Shown: positions 37,660 through 52,148, numbered from the stretch's first letter. The stretch is 64,000 bases of DNA from Alloascoidea hylecoeti (GCA_001600815.1 BCKZ01000008.1:558001-622000); one strand, 5' to 3'. Numbers and translations: made by a program. Notes: generated by a model from the sequence alone, not told the origin.

Positions 37660-38899
37660 ATGTCATCGCCCTCTGGTACGAGTATAATGTTCCAGGACCC
37701 AGACTCCCTGTGGTCCCAGGAAAACGAATCTGTATGCTTGAACCGTATACTTTTTCTATTTCTTATTATTAATAAAGTCCATCTTAGATTGTTAAAGGTC
37801 CCTTTTCTTACCTTGCCTCCCATCCAGGAAAGGACCTACGAACTCTTCTTCTCGAGGCTTTTAATGATATTGTTCTCCTTCCATCCTCTCAAATACACCT
37901 CGTGGCTGAAGTAGTGGCAATGCTTCACACCGCTTCGCTGTTAATCGATGATGTTGAGGACAACGCAAACCTTCGCAGGGGAAATCCTGCTTCTCATTGT
38001 CTATTTGGAACACCCCAAACCATTAATTCTGCAAATTATGTCTACTTTCTTGCGATGCAAAAGGTTTTGTCATTATCTGAAAGTCCTAATGTAATGAAAA
38101 AGCTGGTTCAAATATTCACCGAAGAAATGTTAAATTTACATAGAGGACAAGGAATGGATTTACACTGGCGAGATGGTTTAGTGTGTCCCGATGAACAGCA
38201 ATACTATGAAATGGTAATGAATAGTACGTTATGATCTATCTTTGTCGCAGCATATATATCTATGTATTAACCTGATTCATAGAAACTGGTGGTCTATTTA
38301 GATTGGCGATACGATTAATGGTTGAGTTATCTGTTTCAGATCGGTAAGTTCTCTTATTCATTATAAAAGAAATAATAATCTGCTCAGTTTATTAACATAC
38401 GTACTCATATATTATTTTAGTGATTTTTCGGATTTATTACCTCTTGCTAATTCCCTTGGAATAGTATATCAAGTAAAAGATGATTATTTAAATTTACAGT
38501 CTGCTGCGTATGAAAAGAATAAGGGATTCTGTGAGGATTTAACAGAAGGAAAATTTTCATTCCCTATAATTCATTCAATAAGGTCTGATACATCAAATAA
38601 GGAAATCATCAGTAAGTTTTTGTTTGAGAAAAAGAAATAACAATTTATAGTAACTAACTAATATTATAGATATTCTAAAACAAAAAACAACAGACGAAAT
38701 TCTAAAGAGCTATGCAGTTTCTTACATGTCAACAAAAACCAAAACTTTCGAATATACAGAGGAGACGATAGTTGTTTTAACAGAGACTGTTAGGAAGATT
38801 CTGGAACAAGTCGTTGAGAAACATGAAAGTTACGAAGGAGTTAAATTTAATAAGATCAATGCGATTGTTGATAGAATGTGTTCACTCTCACAAATTTGA
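37660..38899 (+). CDS. BTS1: Geranylgeranyl diphosphate synthase, 5 exons
   Basis: [65 protein letters not shown]; introns 37732-37787, 38224-38282, 38344-38420, 38612-38669. Confidence 0.93.
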
Positions 38900-39100
38900 C
38901 TGGGCGTAATGAATGAAAAAATAAATATTTATTAATAGAATGAAATAGAATAAATACTACTTTATGTTTATGAATTTAAAATTAATTTGTTGCTAAAATT
39001 GTTCGTTGGAAGAGTTAACTACGTACTATGTAAAATTATATGAACGTAAAATATTTCATTTCTATTTAACAGCACAGAAACAGGTATTAAAATCAAAGTG

Positions 39101-40786
39101 ATGAAATTATCACAGTTTTCGCCTTTTGAGTCTTCCCCAATCCAACAATTCTTATTACCATTCAAACCTACACAGTCTCAATGGGTTGCTAGATATACAA
39201 TCATCTCCTTTGCGTTGATCATTAGGTGTGCTGTTGGTTTAGGTCCATACTCTGGCATGGGGTCACCGCCTTTACATGGTGATTTCGAAGCACAACGACA
39301 CTGGATGGAAATAACTTATCATTTACCAATATCAGAATGGTATTGGTATGATCTGCACTATTGGGGGTTAGATTATCCACCACTTACGGCTTTCCATTCC
39401 TGGTTGTTGGGTGCTGTTGGGTCAATCATAAATCCAAATTGGTTTGCGTTAAATGAGAGTAGGGGTATAGAAAATGATGATTTAAAATATTACATGAGAG
39501 CCACAGTAGTCGCGTTTGATTTGTTATTGCTTTTTCCAGCTGTGTTCTCTTATTCAAGGTGGATGGGTAAACATTATAAGCAACCTCCTTTAAATACTTC
39601 AATTACTGCTGCAATTATATTATTTCAACCTTCTTTAATAATCATTGATCATGGTCATTTTCAATATAATGGGATTATGCTTGCATTGACTTTAATATCA
39701 ATCGTTAATCTATTAAATAATAACTATGGACTCGCAAGTGTTTTCTTTGTTGCAAGTATTGGGTTTAAACAAATGGCTCTATATTATGCTCCATTTATAT
39801 TCTGTTATTTATTATCTGCTACTAAATTTCCTTTTATCTTTGGTTTCTTAAGAGGTAAATTTGGTATTGAACCACTTGAACTTCAATCAAATACACAAAA
39901 TTTTATGTTTTTAAGAAGGTTCATTCTAATTGGTTTATCTGTAATATTTACTTTTGTTTCAATGCTACTACCTTTTATTATAGCTATTATTAATAATAAG
40001 GACAATCAAAGCACAATTACACAACAATTATTACAAATTTTAATCAGAGTTTTCCCATTTGAAAGAGGTCTTTGGGAAGATAAAGTATCGAATGTCTGGT
40101 GTACTTTAAATTTAATAATCAAATTACGTTCTATATTTACTATTCAACAGTTAAAAGTTTTCTCATTAGTTGCAACATTATTAGGTTGTTTACCATCATT
40201 ATTAATTATATTAAATTTTCCTAGAAAACATTTATTACCATGGGGATTCACAATAACATCATTATCATTTTATTTATTTTCTTTTCAAGTTCATGAAAAA
40301 TCAATTTTATTACCATTATTACCAATTTCATTATTAATGTGTAGACCAGATTCAAACACATTATCGATATGTTCTTGGATAAGTAATATTGCAATGTTTT
40401 CAATGTTTCCATTACTAAAAAGAGAAGAATTACAATTACAATATTGGGTATTATTATTTTTATATAATTGGTTAATTGGAAACTTTAGTAGGCCAAGTCA
40501 TAGGCCGAAAAGATCATTGCTCCCTCAAGCTTCATCAATAATTAGTCTTGATGGATTAATGAAAATTATTATTGTTATTTCATACTTGGGAGTTATTGTA
40601 ATCCATATTCTTGATGGGTTTATTGAACCACCACAACAATATAATGATTTATGGGTTATTACTAATAATGTTTTAAGTTGTGGTTGTTTTGGATTGTTCT
40701 GGATATGGTCTGTTTATATGATGTTTATTCTACGGAATGAGGATACTTGTTTTTGTGTTGGGAAGAAGTTAGAGATAAAACAATAA
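39101..40786 (+). CDS. ALG6: Dol-P-Glc:Man9GlcNAc2-PP-Dol alpha-1,3-glucosyltransferase
   Basis: GDFEAQRHWMEIT, YWGLDYPPLTAFHS, IDHGHFQYN, FPFERGLWEDKV, FQVHEKSILLP. Confidence 0.96.
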   Translation: MKLSQFSPFESSPIQQFLLPFKPTQSQWVARYTIISFALIIRCAVGLGPYSGMGSPPLHGDFEAQRHWMEITYHLPISEWYWYDLHYWGLDYPPLTAFHSWLLGAVGSIINPNWFALNESRGIENDDLKYYMRATVVAFDLLLLFPAVFSYSRWMGKHYKQPPLNTSITAAIILFQPSLIIIDHGHFQYNGIMLALTLISIVNLLNNNYGLASVFFVASIGFKQMALYYAPFIFCYLLSATKFPFIFGFLRGKFGIEPLELQSNTQNFMFLRRFILIGLSVIFTFVSMLLPFIIAIINNKDNQSTITQQLLQILIRVFPFERGLWEDKVSNVWCTLNLIIKLRSIFTIQQLKVFSLVATLLGCLPSLLIILNFPRKHLLPWGFTITSLSFYLFSFQVHEKSILLPLLPISLLMCRPDSNTLSICSWISNIAMFSMFPLLKREELQLQYWVLLFLYNWLIGNFSRPSHRPKRSLLPQASSIISLDGLMKIIIVISYLGVIVIHILDGFIEPPQQYNDLWVITNNVLSCGCFGLFWIWSVYMMFILRNEDTCFCVGKKLEIKQ

Positions 40787-42706
40787 TTACAAGTATTAAA
40801 AAAAATTAGTAAATAGATAAATAAACAGTAATGTGAAACTAATGTTAAATCTGAGCGTTTCCAACTAATTTTGGCTTTTAGATCAAGATATTTCGTCAAT
40901 TTATAGATAAATTATTACTAAATTAATTATAGTCACTTGACAGATTAACTTTCGAATAAATATTGATAAACTGTATTTAAAATATCTAATTTTATTACTA
41001 GTTATATACTTTAAATAATTAAGTAGTTATTAATATAAATAGGCATGAATTTTATTACTTCTTTTGTGAGATTAATATCGAGCAAGGAATTCGAAAGAGG
41101 GCAATTCCAATTGGTATTCGCATATGTAAACCATTCAGATTCAAAATACAGTAACTTGTCAAATTGATATTGTCTTATATTATGTATATTTTCTAGCAAT
41201 ATCAATTGGGTTATTTTGGTTACAACATTATACTTGTGATATGACCTGTTGAACTGTTGAACGCAAAAAATATAATTATAATTTATAACCTATATAAAAA
41301 GCTTGTTTCCAAAGAACATATTAATTTCGGGATTTAGATTAAACCCCATCAATATGAGTTTTAAATTCTATAGCTAATTAAAATCATTAGGAATGCTAGA
41401 TCAATTAGCGCTAGTAACATGTACAGTAATTAGAAACAAGGGAAATAGTAAGGTCTTAATCCATATAGCTGTAACTTATAATATTTGTGTTTGTTACCCC
41501 TAGAATTCGGCAATCATAAATAGGAAATACAAAGTTTGTAATCCTGATTTATGATCACCACCATGAGCATTTTATTGTTCCGAGAATGTTATAAGCTTAA
41601 CTTTTTTGTTTATATATTCATATGGCCATACAATCATTTCACTAATTAATTTCCGTCACGCTAATATCGCGATTACTAATTATCGGCCATCTCCAATAAT
41701 TCTCCATGCAGATCATTGTAAGCTTAAGAAATAACTTCGGGAGCCAAGTTCGGTCGACAATCAGTTACGTATATGGCCTATAACTAGTAATCAGAGTGGA
41801 CTAAATTAAGTGATATGTATAACAGTTTAATTGGATTATGCAACATGAAATTAATGATTATTACCACATGTTAGCTATGACAGACATACTTATATGATCA
41901 CGATACTCAGATGTCAGCTACTACTATACATTGATATCTAAAAAATTCACAAGAACAGTCCAGTTTAGATGAGACTGAGTGTGTCAATCATCTATCCACC
42001 CTTAGGTTAGCATACATACTCATCAAGTCACAAATATCATCAATAAGATCTTAATCCTCAAGTTCGATAATGGTGCTATAGTCTAATCACATTATTACAC
42101 AATAGCATGTTATTATATATTTAATGAACACACGTGATGGAATTTTTGATTACTGAACATAAATCAGAGATAGACCACTTTCAGACAATCTTTCAATTGA
42201 GTACCACTGTACCAGCTTAAAAGGCATGTGCACGGAAGTCTGCAAAGTATGTTAACGTTGTGTAATCATTAATTGTTAATTTTAGATCAAATTCTAGGCT
42301 AAATAATGAAATAATATTATTACAATTACTGTTTCTATAACATTTTAGTATGGTATAATTTACAGACATGTGAAAGCGGTAAATGCGATGATATCGATAT
42401 CGATATCGACACAAAGAATATGTGTTGCCTAGTAAATAGAAGCAATGCCCAATTGTTCTGTCCATCTAATAACAGCCGAAAAACTTAACATAAGAAACTA
42501 TATCGAAAACAGCATTGATGTCTCTTAAACGTATTAATATTAATATGATAGGAATGATTTTAATTAGCAAAATTTTAATTATAGATCTTTTATGATTATA
42601 AATATAAAGTGGAAACCAGTTTCATTCTGTTTTCCTTTTTAACTTCAATACTCTCTGTAACCTTAGTGCACTTTTTGATTTCTAATATTTAACAAAGTTT
42701 TATTGT

Positions 42707-45700
42707 ATGACAGATAAGAGCATATCAAGTAAAGAAGATACAGAGTTGGAATCTGGATCATCTTCCGAGTCTTCACCTAAAAATTTGAAACCTCCTAATC
42801 TGAAAAAGGAACCTAGTATATCTGGGCTCACTAGAACTACTACAAGAGCCTCTTCACACATTGCTTTTGAATCAGATAAACCAGATAGTGATGAATTTAG
42901 TTCAGACCAGGAACGAAATATATCAGAGCTGTTAGCTGATACAGATGTATTGGAACGTTTAGACACATTGAGTAAAAAGCTATCTAGACACACAGCAAAT
43001 GATGAACCAATCGAGATTAATAGTGATGACTTTGACCTCAAAACAGTTCTAAAATCAATCATACATTCTTTTGATAAGGAGGGTATCAAAACAAGATATT
43101 CAGGTGTTAGATTTAGGGGCATTACCGTTTATGGAATTGATCAAGCTGCTTCCATTGCTAATACGGTGGGAATAATTTTACTGGGATTTTTGAATATTCC
43201 AAAAATGATAAAAGATTTTCGTCATCCCCCTATTAGAAAATTAATTCAAGATTTTGATGGTGTTGTTCGTGAAGGTGAAATGTTATTAGTTCTTGGTAGA
43301 CCTGGTGCAGGTTGCACAACTTTTCTAAGATCAATTGCTGGTGAAGTTGATCAATATAAAGGCGCTGAAGGTGATATATCTTACGACGGAGTTGACCAGA
43401 AGACTATGCTGAAGGATTTCAAAGGCGATATTATTTACAACTCTGAATGTAAGCAATAATATTCTATAATTGAAGTCTTAATAAATATTTTCATTTATAA
43501 ACTAACATATAATTTTTTTAGTGGATATTCATTTCCCTCATCTTAACGTTGATGAAACTCTTAGCTTTGCTATTGCTTGTAGAGCTTCAAGATCAAGACC
43601 AGGTGGGATTTCAAGAGAGAAATACATCAAAACAGTGCGAGATATATTAGCCACTGTTTTTGGACTAAGACACACCTACAAAACAAAAGTTGGTAATGAT
43701 TATATTCGTGGTGTTTCTGGAGGAGAAAGAAAAAGAGTTTCTATTGCTGAAGCGTTAGCCGCCAGGGCTTCGGTTTATTGTTGGGATAATGCAACGAGGG
43801 GTTTAGATTCGTCTACTGCTTTGGAGTTCGCAAGAGCCATCAGAACATCTACCAATATTATGGATAATGTTGCTATTGTTGCAGCCTATCAGGCAGGTGA
43901 AAATATCTATAAGACGTTCGACAAAGTTACTGTTTTATATAATGGTAAACAAGTTTACTTTGGCCCTGTAACAAGGGCCAAAGAGTACTTTGAAGAGATG
44001 GGATATGCTTGCGCTCCTAGACAATGCACTGCTGAATTCTTGACTGCAGTCACAGATCCAAATGGTAGGTTTCCAAGGGAGGGAATGAAGGATAAAGTTC
44101 CCAGAACAGCTGATGATTTTGTAAAGTACTGGAAAGATTCAGAGGATTATAAATCACTTCAAGAGGATATGAGAGAGTATGACGCAAACAGTGACGGCGC
44201 TAAAACATATCAACGTTACAGAGAGTCAATGACACAGGAGAAAATGAAGCACCAAAGAAGTAAATCGCAATTTAACATTACTTTTTATCATCAGTTTAAA
44301 TTGTGTGTTAAACGGGGATTTCAGAAAATTATTCACGATCGTGCCTATACTATGGTTGATATTGGAGCCTCTTTTATTCAATCGTTTATCATTGGTTCAA
44401 TGTTTTATAATACATCAGACACAACTTCTGGTACTTTCCCCAGAGGGGGTGCACTGTATTTTGCCTTATTATTCTATAGTATTTGTTGTTTGGCCGAGCT
44501 TGCACCAGCTTTTGAAAGCCGCAGTGTTCTCTTGAAGCAAAAATCGTACATGTTTTATCATCCCGCTGCCGAAGAATTAGCAACTTTATTCTGTGATATT
44601 CCAATAAAATTAGTTGGTATTGTAATATTCACACTTGTTACATATTTTCTAGTGGGATTGAGACTTGGAGCTGGACAATTTTTCATTTATTTTCTCTTCT
44701 TAGCTTTGTCAACTTTTGTTATGAGTGCTTTATTTCAGGCAATTGCAACGGTTGGAAAAAGCATGTTTAGTGCTAATGCAATCGCTGGTATTTTTGTAAT
44801 AGCAATTGCTATTTATACTGGTTATGTATTACAATCTAGTTATATGCATCCGTGGTTTAAATGGTTAAGTTATATCAACCCTATCCGTTATGCTTTTGAA
44901 TCATTAATGGCGAATGAGTTTCATTCGAGAGAAATGGAGTGTGGTGGATCATTGGTACCATCGGGACCTTTATATTTAAATGTTTCTTCCTCAAATCAAG
45001 TTTGTGCCTCTATTGGATCTGAGCTCGGTAAAAGTACGGTTTCTGGTGATCGATATATATCTGTTGCATTCGGTTATCATTATTCAAATGAATGGAGAAA
45101 TTTAGGAATCATAATTGCCTTTTGGGTGCTTTTTGTATTTTTAGCAGCTTTAGGGTGTGAATATATTCGACCAGTTGCAATTGGAGGTGATAAATTATTA
45201 TTCAAAAGAGGACATATTCCTAAAGAATTTTTGCATGACTCAAAGTATGAATTACCATCAAAAGATATAGAGAAGGGTAAAGCTCAATCAAACGAGTCGG
45301 AAGAAGTGGTCATAGAAGGTAAAGTTGCTGATGTTGAGGAGCTGAAACATGTATTCGGTGAGTCAGGATATGGAAGCGAGATATTTTCTTGGAAGCATGT
45401 TGATTACGTTATTCCTATTGAAGATGGAACTAGAAAGTTATTAGATGATGTCCAAGGCTATGTCAAACCAGGTAAAATAACTGCTTTGGTTGGAGAGTCC
45501 GGCGCTGGTAAAACTACTCTATTGAATGTTCTTTCCCAAAGAACTGATTTTGGTGTTATTACTGGTAGTATGTTAGTTGATGGTAAGCCAGTTGATGCAT
45601 CATTTCAGAGAAGAACTGGATATGTTCAACAACAAGATATTCACATTTCAGAATTGTCTGTTCGAGAATCACTTATATTTTCTGCAAGACTAAGGCAACA

Positions 45701-47351
45701 AGCTTCTATTAAAGATTCTGAAAAACTTGAATATGTTGAAAAGATTTTACACCTTCTTGGTATGGAAACCTATGCCAATGCTGTAGTTGGTGAACCAGGT
45801 AGAGGTTTAAACGTCGAACAAAGAAAAAAACTCTCAATTGCAGTTGAACTTGTTGCTAAGCCATCCTTATTATTATTTCTAGATGAGCCTACTTCTGGTT
45901 TAGATTCACAATCTGCATGGGCTATTGTTCAATTTATCAAACAGTTGGCAGCGGCAGGTCAAGCTATTCTATGTACTATTCACCAACCTTCAGCCACTTT
46001 ATTTGAACAATTTGATCGGCTGCTTCTCCTAAAAAAAGGTGGACAAACTGTTTATTTTGGAGATATTGGTAAGAATTCCCAAAATGTGATTGATTATTTT
46101 GAGAAAAAAGGTGCTCCAAGGTGTCGATCAGAAGAGAATCCCGCTGAATATATCCTTGATTGTATTGGCGCTGGTGCTACCGCAGCCGTTGACCAAGATT
46201 GGGCAGAAGTTTGGAGAAATTCAGAAGAATGTGCCCAAGCAACCAAAGAAGTAGATGAGATTATAGAAACTTATGGTCCTTTACCTAGTCAAGTTATTGA
46301 TTCATCACTGGGAGAAAGATATGCTGCTAGTTGGTTTAAACAATTAAAATTAGTTACTTTGAGAACACACATCCAATTCTGGAGAGATCCGGTTTATGTT
46401 GGTTGTAAATTTGGTCTTTTAGTTGTTGCTGGTTTATTCCTTGGTTTCACGTTTTGGGATATTGATCATACTGTAATTGGGATGCAAAACCTACTTTTCG
46501 CGGTTTTTATTAGTTTGTTAATCTCTGCACCATTGATCAATCAAGTTCAAGATAAAGCATTGGCCGCAAGAGAATTATATGAGGTTAGAGAAAGTAAAAG
46601 TGGTACTTTCCATTGGTCAGTGATGATTTTAGCACAAAATCTTAGTGAAATTCCTTATAATTTTTTTGGATTCTTGCTAGCTTTCTTTTGTTTTTATTTT
46701 CCAATGAAGGTAGGATATGGATCAGAGAAGATAGGTTATTTCTTTTTAATGTATACAATTCTTTTCCAAACCTATATATCCACATTTGGATTACTTGTTA
46801 TCTATATTGCACCAGATTTACCTTCAGCAGAAGTTATTGGAGCTCTTCTTTTATCATTTATGGTTTCATTCTGTGGTGTGCTTCAATATAAAGATTTGCT
46901 ACCAGGATTTTGGATTTTCATGTATAGACTTTCACCATATACTTATTTTGTTCAAAGTTTTGTTGGTATTGTTCTTCATGATTTCGAAGTTCAATGTGCA
47001 GAAAATGAAATCGCATACTTCGCTCCACCAGTCAATGAAACATGTTTAGAATTCGCTGGTCCTTTTGTGTCATATGCTGGTGGTAAGATTATGAATCCTG
47101 AAGCTACAGATTATTGTGAATATTGTAAATATTCAATCGGTGATGAATATCTTGCAACAGTTGGAATTAAATACTCTCAAAGATGGAGAAATTTTGGTTT
47201 TATTTGGGCATACATTATATTCAATATTTGTGCTTCACTAGTATTATATTATGTTTTGAGAGTTATTAAGTGGGATATCCAAAAGATTAAAAATAAGATA
47301 TTGTTTTGGAAGCCAAAGAAATTCATTGAAGGAGAAGTAGTTGAGTCCTGA
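42707..47351 (+). CDS. PDR-family (ABCG) multidrug transporter, SNQ2-like, 2 exons
   Basis: GRPGAGCTT, VSGGERKRVSIAE, CWDNATRGLD, GESGAGKTT, LNVEQRKKLSI; intron 43449-43521 (GTAAGC...TACTAAC...TAG). Confidence 0.93.
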
Positions 47352-47543
47352 TTTGTGTTTATAAATAAAGATATACAATGTTCATATTTATTCGTTTTTA
47401 TATATTATTACGTAATATAATTCATGTGACTATGATGATTAATGTCAATATCCTAATTGGGTGATGTTACCCTGAATTTTCAATATTAATCATCCAAATT
47501 TTTATTTTATTTGATTTCCTTTTCATAAAATATTAATGGTAAA

Positions 47544-49118
47544 ATGAGTGCTTTGCTATCAGCGGACGATTTAAACGATTTTATTACACCAGGAGTAGCG
47601 TGTATCAAACCTGCGACTACTACAAACACAAATACGTCAGACATTTCCAATCCAGAAGAGTATGAAATACAGATAAATTCAGAAGGTAATCCGATTGAAG
47701 TTTTCAAAGAAGATGGGACTGAAAAAACTCTCTCACCAGCTCAAATAAACCTCTCTGATTGTTTGGCTTGCTCAGGTTGTATTACAAGTGCTGAAAGTGT
47801 ATTGGTTTCTTTACAATCTCATACCGAGGTATTATCTTCTCTTGAAAATAATCCTGATAAGATATTTGTATGCTCTATAAGTCACCAATCTAGAGCTTCG
47901 TTAGCTACTGCTTTTGGAATAGATGTCTCAGAAGTCGATCGAAAGATAAGGACATTTTTTATTGATACCTTAAATTTCAAATATGTTGTTGGTATGGGAC
48001 TTGGGAGAGAAATATCACTAGAATACTCTGCACAAGAACTATTACGGCATAAAGCGGATCAAATCACAGCTACAAATAAAGGGCCGATATTATGTAGTTC
48101 TTGTCCAGGATGGGTATGTTATGTTGAAAAAGCACATTCATATGTTGTTCCTTATATGTCACAAATTAAATCCCCACAACAAATAACAGGAACAATACTA
48201 AAAAAGATTGTTTCTAGAGAATTATCGATTCCAGAATCTCAGATATATCACCTTAGTATAATGCCATGTTTTGATAAGAAATTAGAAGCAGCAAGAAAAG
48301 ATTTCACAAATGATGAAGATCAATCAAAAGATGTTGATTGTGTAATTACAACAAAAGAAGTAATTACATTATTAAATGAAAAAAACCTTTCATTCCCTAG
48401 TATTCAACCATCACCATTGCAAGGATTAGAGCTTTATAAATCAATGGCACCTATGAATTGGCCAAGTGTTGAATTAAGTTGGTTGTCTAATTATGGATCA
48501 TCATCTGGTGGATTTCTTGAAAAAGTAATTTCTCAATTAAATAATAAAGATTATACTTTAAAAATATATCCAGGTAAAAATAATGATATAACAGAATATC
48601 ATATTGTTGATGAATCAACAGGTGAAATTATATCTAAAAATGCAACGATTTATGGATTTCGAAATATTCAAAATTTAGTACGGAAATTAAAACAGAAGAA
48701 AAATGGTGTTAAGGCGCGATCTTCAATACTTGTTTCTCGAAGAATGAAAAAGGATAAAAGTGTAATAAATACAAATACAAATACAAAAGCAGTTATTGTT
48801 GGACAGAATCCTTTAGATTATGATTATGTTGAAGTGATGGCATGCCCAGGTGGATGTATAAATGGTGGGGGACAAATAGGGCAACCTGAAGGGGTAAACA
48901 TTAAAGACTGGAAAGATCAAGTAGAAACGGTTTATCAAAACATGGATAAATATATAAATAATGTGGATAAAAATGCATTACAAAGATGGGTAGAAGATAA
49001 ATTTTGCCAAGAATATGGAATAAGTTTAAGCAAAATTGTGACAGTGGAGTATCATGCTATTGAGGATACATTACTTGAAGGAGTTGCAGCATCAGTAGTA
49101 TATGGGTCAAAATGGTAA
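47544..49118 (+). CDS. NAR1: Cytosolic Fe-S cluster assembly factor Nar1
   Basis: MSALLSADDLNDFITPGVACIKP, LSDCLACSGCITSAE, MPCFDKKLEA, EVMACPGGCINGGGQ, C-terminal Trp. Confidence 0.97.
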   Translation: MSALLSADDLNDFITPGVACIKPATTTNTNTSDISNPEEYEIQINSEGNPIEVFKEDGTEKTLSPAQINLSDCLACSGCITSAESVLVSLQSHTEVLSSLENNPDKIFVCSISHQSRASLATAFGIDVSEVDRKIRTFFIDTLNFKYVVGMGLGREISLEYSAQELLRHKADQITATNKGPILCSSCPGWVCYVEKAHSYVVPYMSQIKSPQQITGTILKKIVSRELSIPESQIYHLSIMPCFDKKLEAARKDFTNDEDQSKDVDCVITTKEVITLLNEKNLSFPSIQPSPLQGLELYKSMAPMNWPSVELSWLSNYGSSSGGFLEKVISQLNNKDYTLKIYPGKNNDITEYHIVDESTGEIISKNATIYGFRNIQNLVRKLKQKKNGVKARSSILVSRRMKKDKSVINTNTNTKAVIVGQNPLDYDYVEVMACPGGCINGGGQIGQPEGVNIKDWKDQVETVYQNMDKYINNVDKNALQRWVEDKFCQEYGISLSKIVTVEYHAIEDTLLEGVAASVVYGSKW

Positions 49119-50412
49119 TCGGATTAATTTGTGTTATAGTTAAAATTAGATTTATATTGCAATTGTATAACGTTTGGGCATAATATCATTTAACATTATT
49201 CATATATCATGATTAGAATTTATCGTAGCACTTATAGATAAAAGTAGCAAGTCAACATCCAGGAAAGAGAAAACATGCCATTGGCATTAATAGAACAGTG
49301 AAGTATTTAATTAGCCATGGTATAATATGCGAGAGGTTGTAAATACCGGTTATTTGAACAGTGAAGATGATTCAAATGACTCAACACCCCACATAACGGC
49401 ATATTTTTTAATAAACGTAGTACAGTTGCCGTAGTGACTAAAGATTTAAATGTTGAAAAATTATTTGATCAATCAATGGCCAAAAATTTAGATTAATATT
49501 TTAGCGGAGATAAGTATTAATAATCATATATTCCCATTTTGATTTTTCCTTTTATTACTAATTCTACATCTTTTTAAACTTCTAGAGCCATCGCACAATA
49601 ATTAATTATATGGGATTAACCTTTGAATCGATATCAATATATACATATCCAGAACGGCGGGAACTTGATATTCGATAATAATCAAAGATTGCAGTTTCAT
49701 ATTATATATTTTGTTAGAATAATATTCGTTTACAGTAATTAGTTTATAGAATTAAAAGAATAATCATGTTTCATGACAGCTCCGCAAATATCGAAGTTAA
49801 GTATGCTATTATTATAGAATTATATAATATTAATAATCATCTTATCTGAATCATTGGTAAAGTAATTAACTATTATTGGGTTGTAAATTACTGGGAAAAA
49901 CTACCTGCAGTTTCGCATGTCAATTCCAATATGATTGTTTGTATTATAATCAAAACAAACAAAGTGATCCATTAATTGTATTTTCCACTCGGCGTACCCG
50001 GAAATGGGCATATCCCATCCTCAATTGAGTTTTGCAATCAAATTTAGATAAAAGTTTGTAGTACTTGACTATCTGTAGTGGTTATATATCCTGGAGGATC
50101 CTGGAGAGGACTTTTTTCTACTGGTGTCCACGTAAAGAGCATGCCTGGACTCTCGGTACGGACCAACAGATTTATCACAGCAAAAAGTCGAGATGACAAT
50201 AAGATACAAATTGAGAAGATATGGACCTAGAAATTACCCGTTTGGGGCGGACATACATGAATTGCTAGTACCGGAAATTATATAAAACCCCAACTCAAGC
50301 TGCCTTTTTTCCTTTTCTCTTTTTTCTTCATACCCTTCCTGTTTTTCTCTTCTTTTCTCTCGCCATTAATCTTCTTTCCCTTATTTTTTCTTTTGAACTT
50401 CTCAATTGATTC

Positions 50413-52148
50413 ATGTCTTTCAAGGAAAATACTCTCATCGTAGTGTTTGGCGCTTCTGGTGACCTCGCAAAGAAAAAAACCGTATGTTGATTCTCAAAGT
50501 GGCGATATTCCTTTTCTTCAAACTAACAACTTCAATTCCATTCTCAATCTAGTTCCCAGCACTTTTTGGCTTAGTATGTTATAATTTTTAAGAATGATCA
50601 TAATCATTAATGTTCTGTTATTTGCCCCCTCCCACAACCGTTTATGCACATGTCTGACTCTGCTCCAATGAGCTTCTGGCATCTTCATACATGTTCGGTG
50701 ATGACGTTTTGTTTTTGATTATATTTTTATTTTTATTTTCCAAGCTAACCTGTTTAATTTTATAGCTACAAGCCAAGCAATTATCTAAATCAACAAAAAT
50801 CATTGGATATGCCCGTTCTAAATTATCAAAAGATGATTTCAATGACAGAATATTACCTTATTTGAAATCGGATGATGAAGATTTAAAACAAAAATTCTTA
50901 TCTACTTGTACTTATGTTTCTGGTGCTTATGATGAAGATTCTGCTTTTCAAAATTTATTAAAAAAAATTGAAGAATTAGAATCAAAAGATAAAAATAAAG
51001 AAAGATTATTTTATTTAGCTTTACCTCCAAATCAATTTACAACTGTTGCACAAAAGATTAAAAAAAATTTATATCCAGATGATAAAAATGATAAAATTAG
51101 ATTAATTATTGAAAAACCTTTTGGCAAAGATTTAAAATCAAGTCGTGAATTACAAAAAAATTTAGCTCCTTTATTTACTGAAGATGAAATATTTAGAATT
51201 GATCATTATTTAGGTAAAGAAATGGTTAAAAATTTACTTGTTTTTAGATTTGGTAATGAATTTATAAATGCTTCTTGGAATCGTCAACATATTGCAAGTG
51301 TTCAAATTTCTTTTAAAGAACCTTTTGGTACTGAAGGTAGAGGTGGTTATTTTGATGAAATTGGAATGATTAGGGATGTTATTCAAAATCATTTATTGCA
51401 AGTTTTAACTCTATTGGCAATGGATAGACCTGTTTCTTTTGGTTCTGAGGATATTAGAAATGAAAAAGTTAAACTTTTAAAAGCAATTCAACCAATTGAT
51501 TTTAATGATACTGTAATTGGACAATATGATAAAAGTGAAGATGGTACAAAACCAGCATATATTGATGATGAAACTGTTAATCCAGATTCAAATGCTGCTA
51601 CCTATGCTGCAATTGGTTTGAAAATTCATAATGAAAGATGGGAAGGTGTCCCTTTTATCTTACGTGCGGGTAAAGCATTAAATGAAGCAAAAGTTGAAGT
51701 TAGAATTCAATTTAAAGAAGTTGCAAGAGGTATTTTTAATGATATTAATAGAAATGAATTACTTATTAGAATTCAACCACAAGAAGCCATTTATATGAAA
51801 ATCAATAATAAAACTCCTGGTTTATCACATAAAACAACCGTTACTGAATTAGGATTAAGTTACACATCTCGTTATTCAGATTTACATATTCCTGAAGCAT
51901 ATGAAAGTCTTATTTTAGATGCTTTAAATAATGATCATTCAAATTTTGTTAGAGATGATGAATTGGATTTATCTTGGAAATTATTTACTCCATTGTTGAA
52001 TCATTTAGATGATGGAAATATTAAACCAGAGAAATATCCTTATGGTAGCCGAGGTCCTCCAAGTTTGAAAGATTTTATTGAAAGACATAATTATATTCAT
52101 AATCCGGATAGTTGTTATACATGGCCTCAAGCAAAAAGTGGGTTGTAA
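50413..52148 (+). CDS. ZWF1: Glucose-6-phosphate dehydrogenase, 3 exons (21-nt exon 2)
   Basis: Exon 1 50413-50481 (GASGDLAKKKT), exon 2 50553-50573 (FPALFGL), exon 3 from 50766 (IIGYARS, EKPFG, RIDHYLGKEMVKN). Confidence 0.97.

Noticed and set aside
41011..42465. Short ORFs in the ALG6-ABC transporter gap
   Set aside because: No motifs; consistent with a long promoter; no canonical PDRE seen
52137..52148. ZWF1 C-terminal SGL as a peroxisomal signal or readthrough site
   Set aside because: Not a consensus PTS1; the stop is TAA with no readthrough context or downstream PTS1
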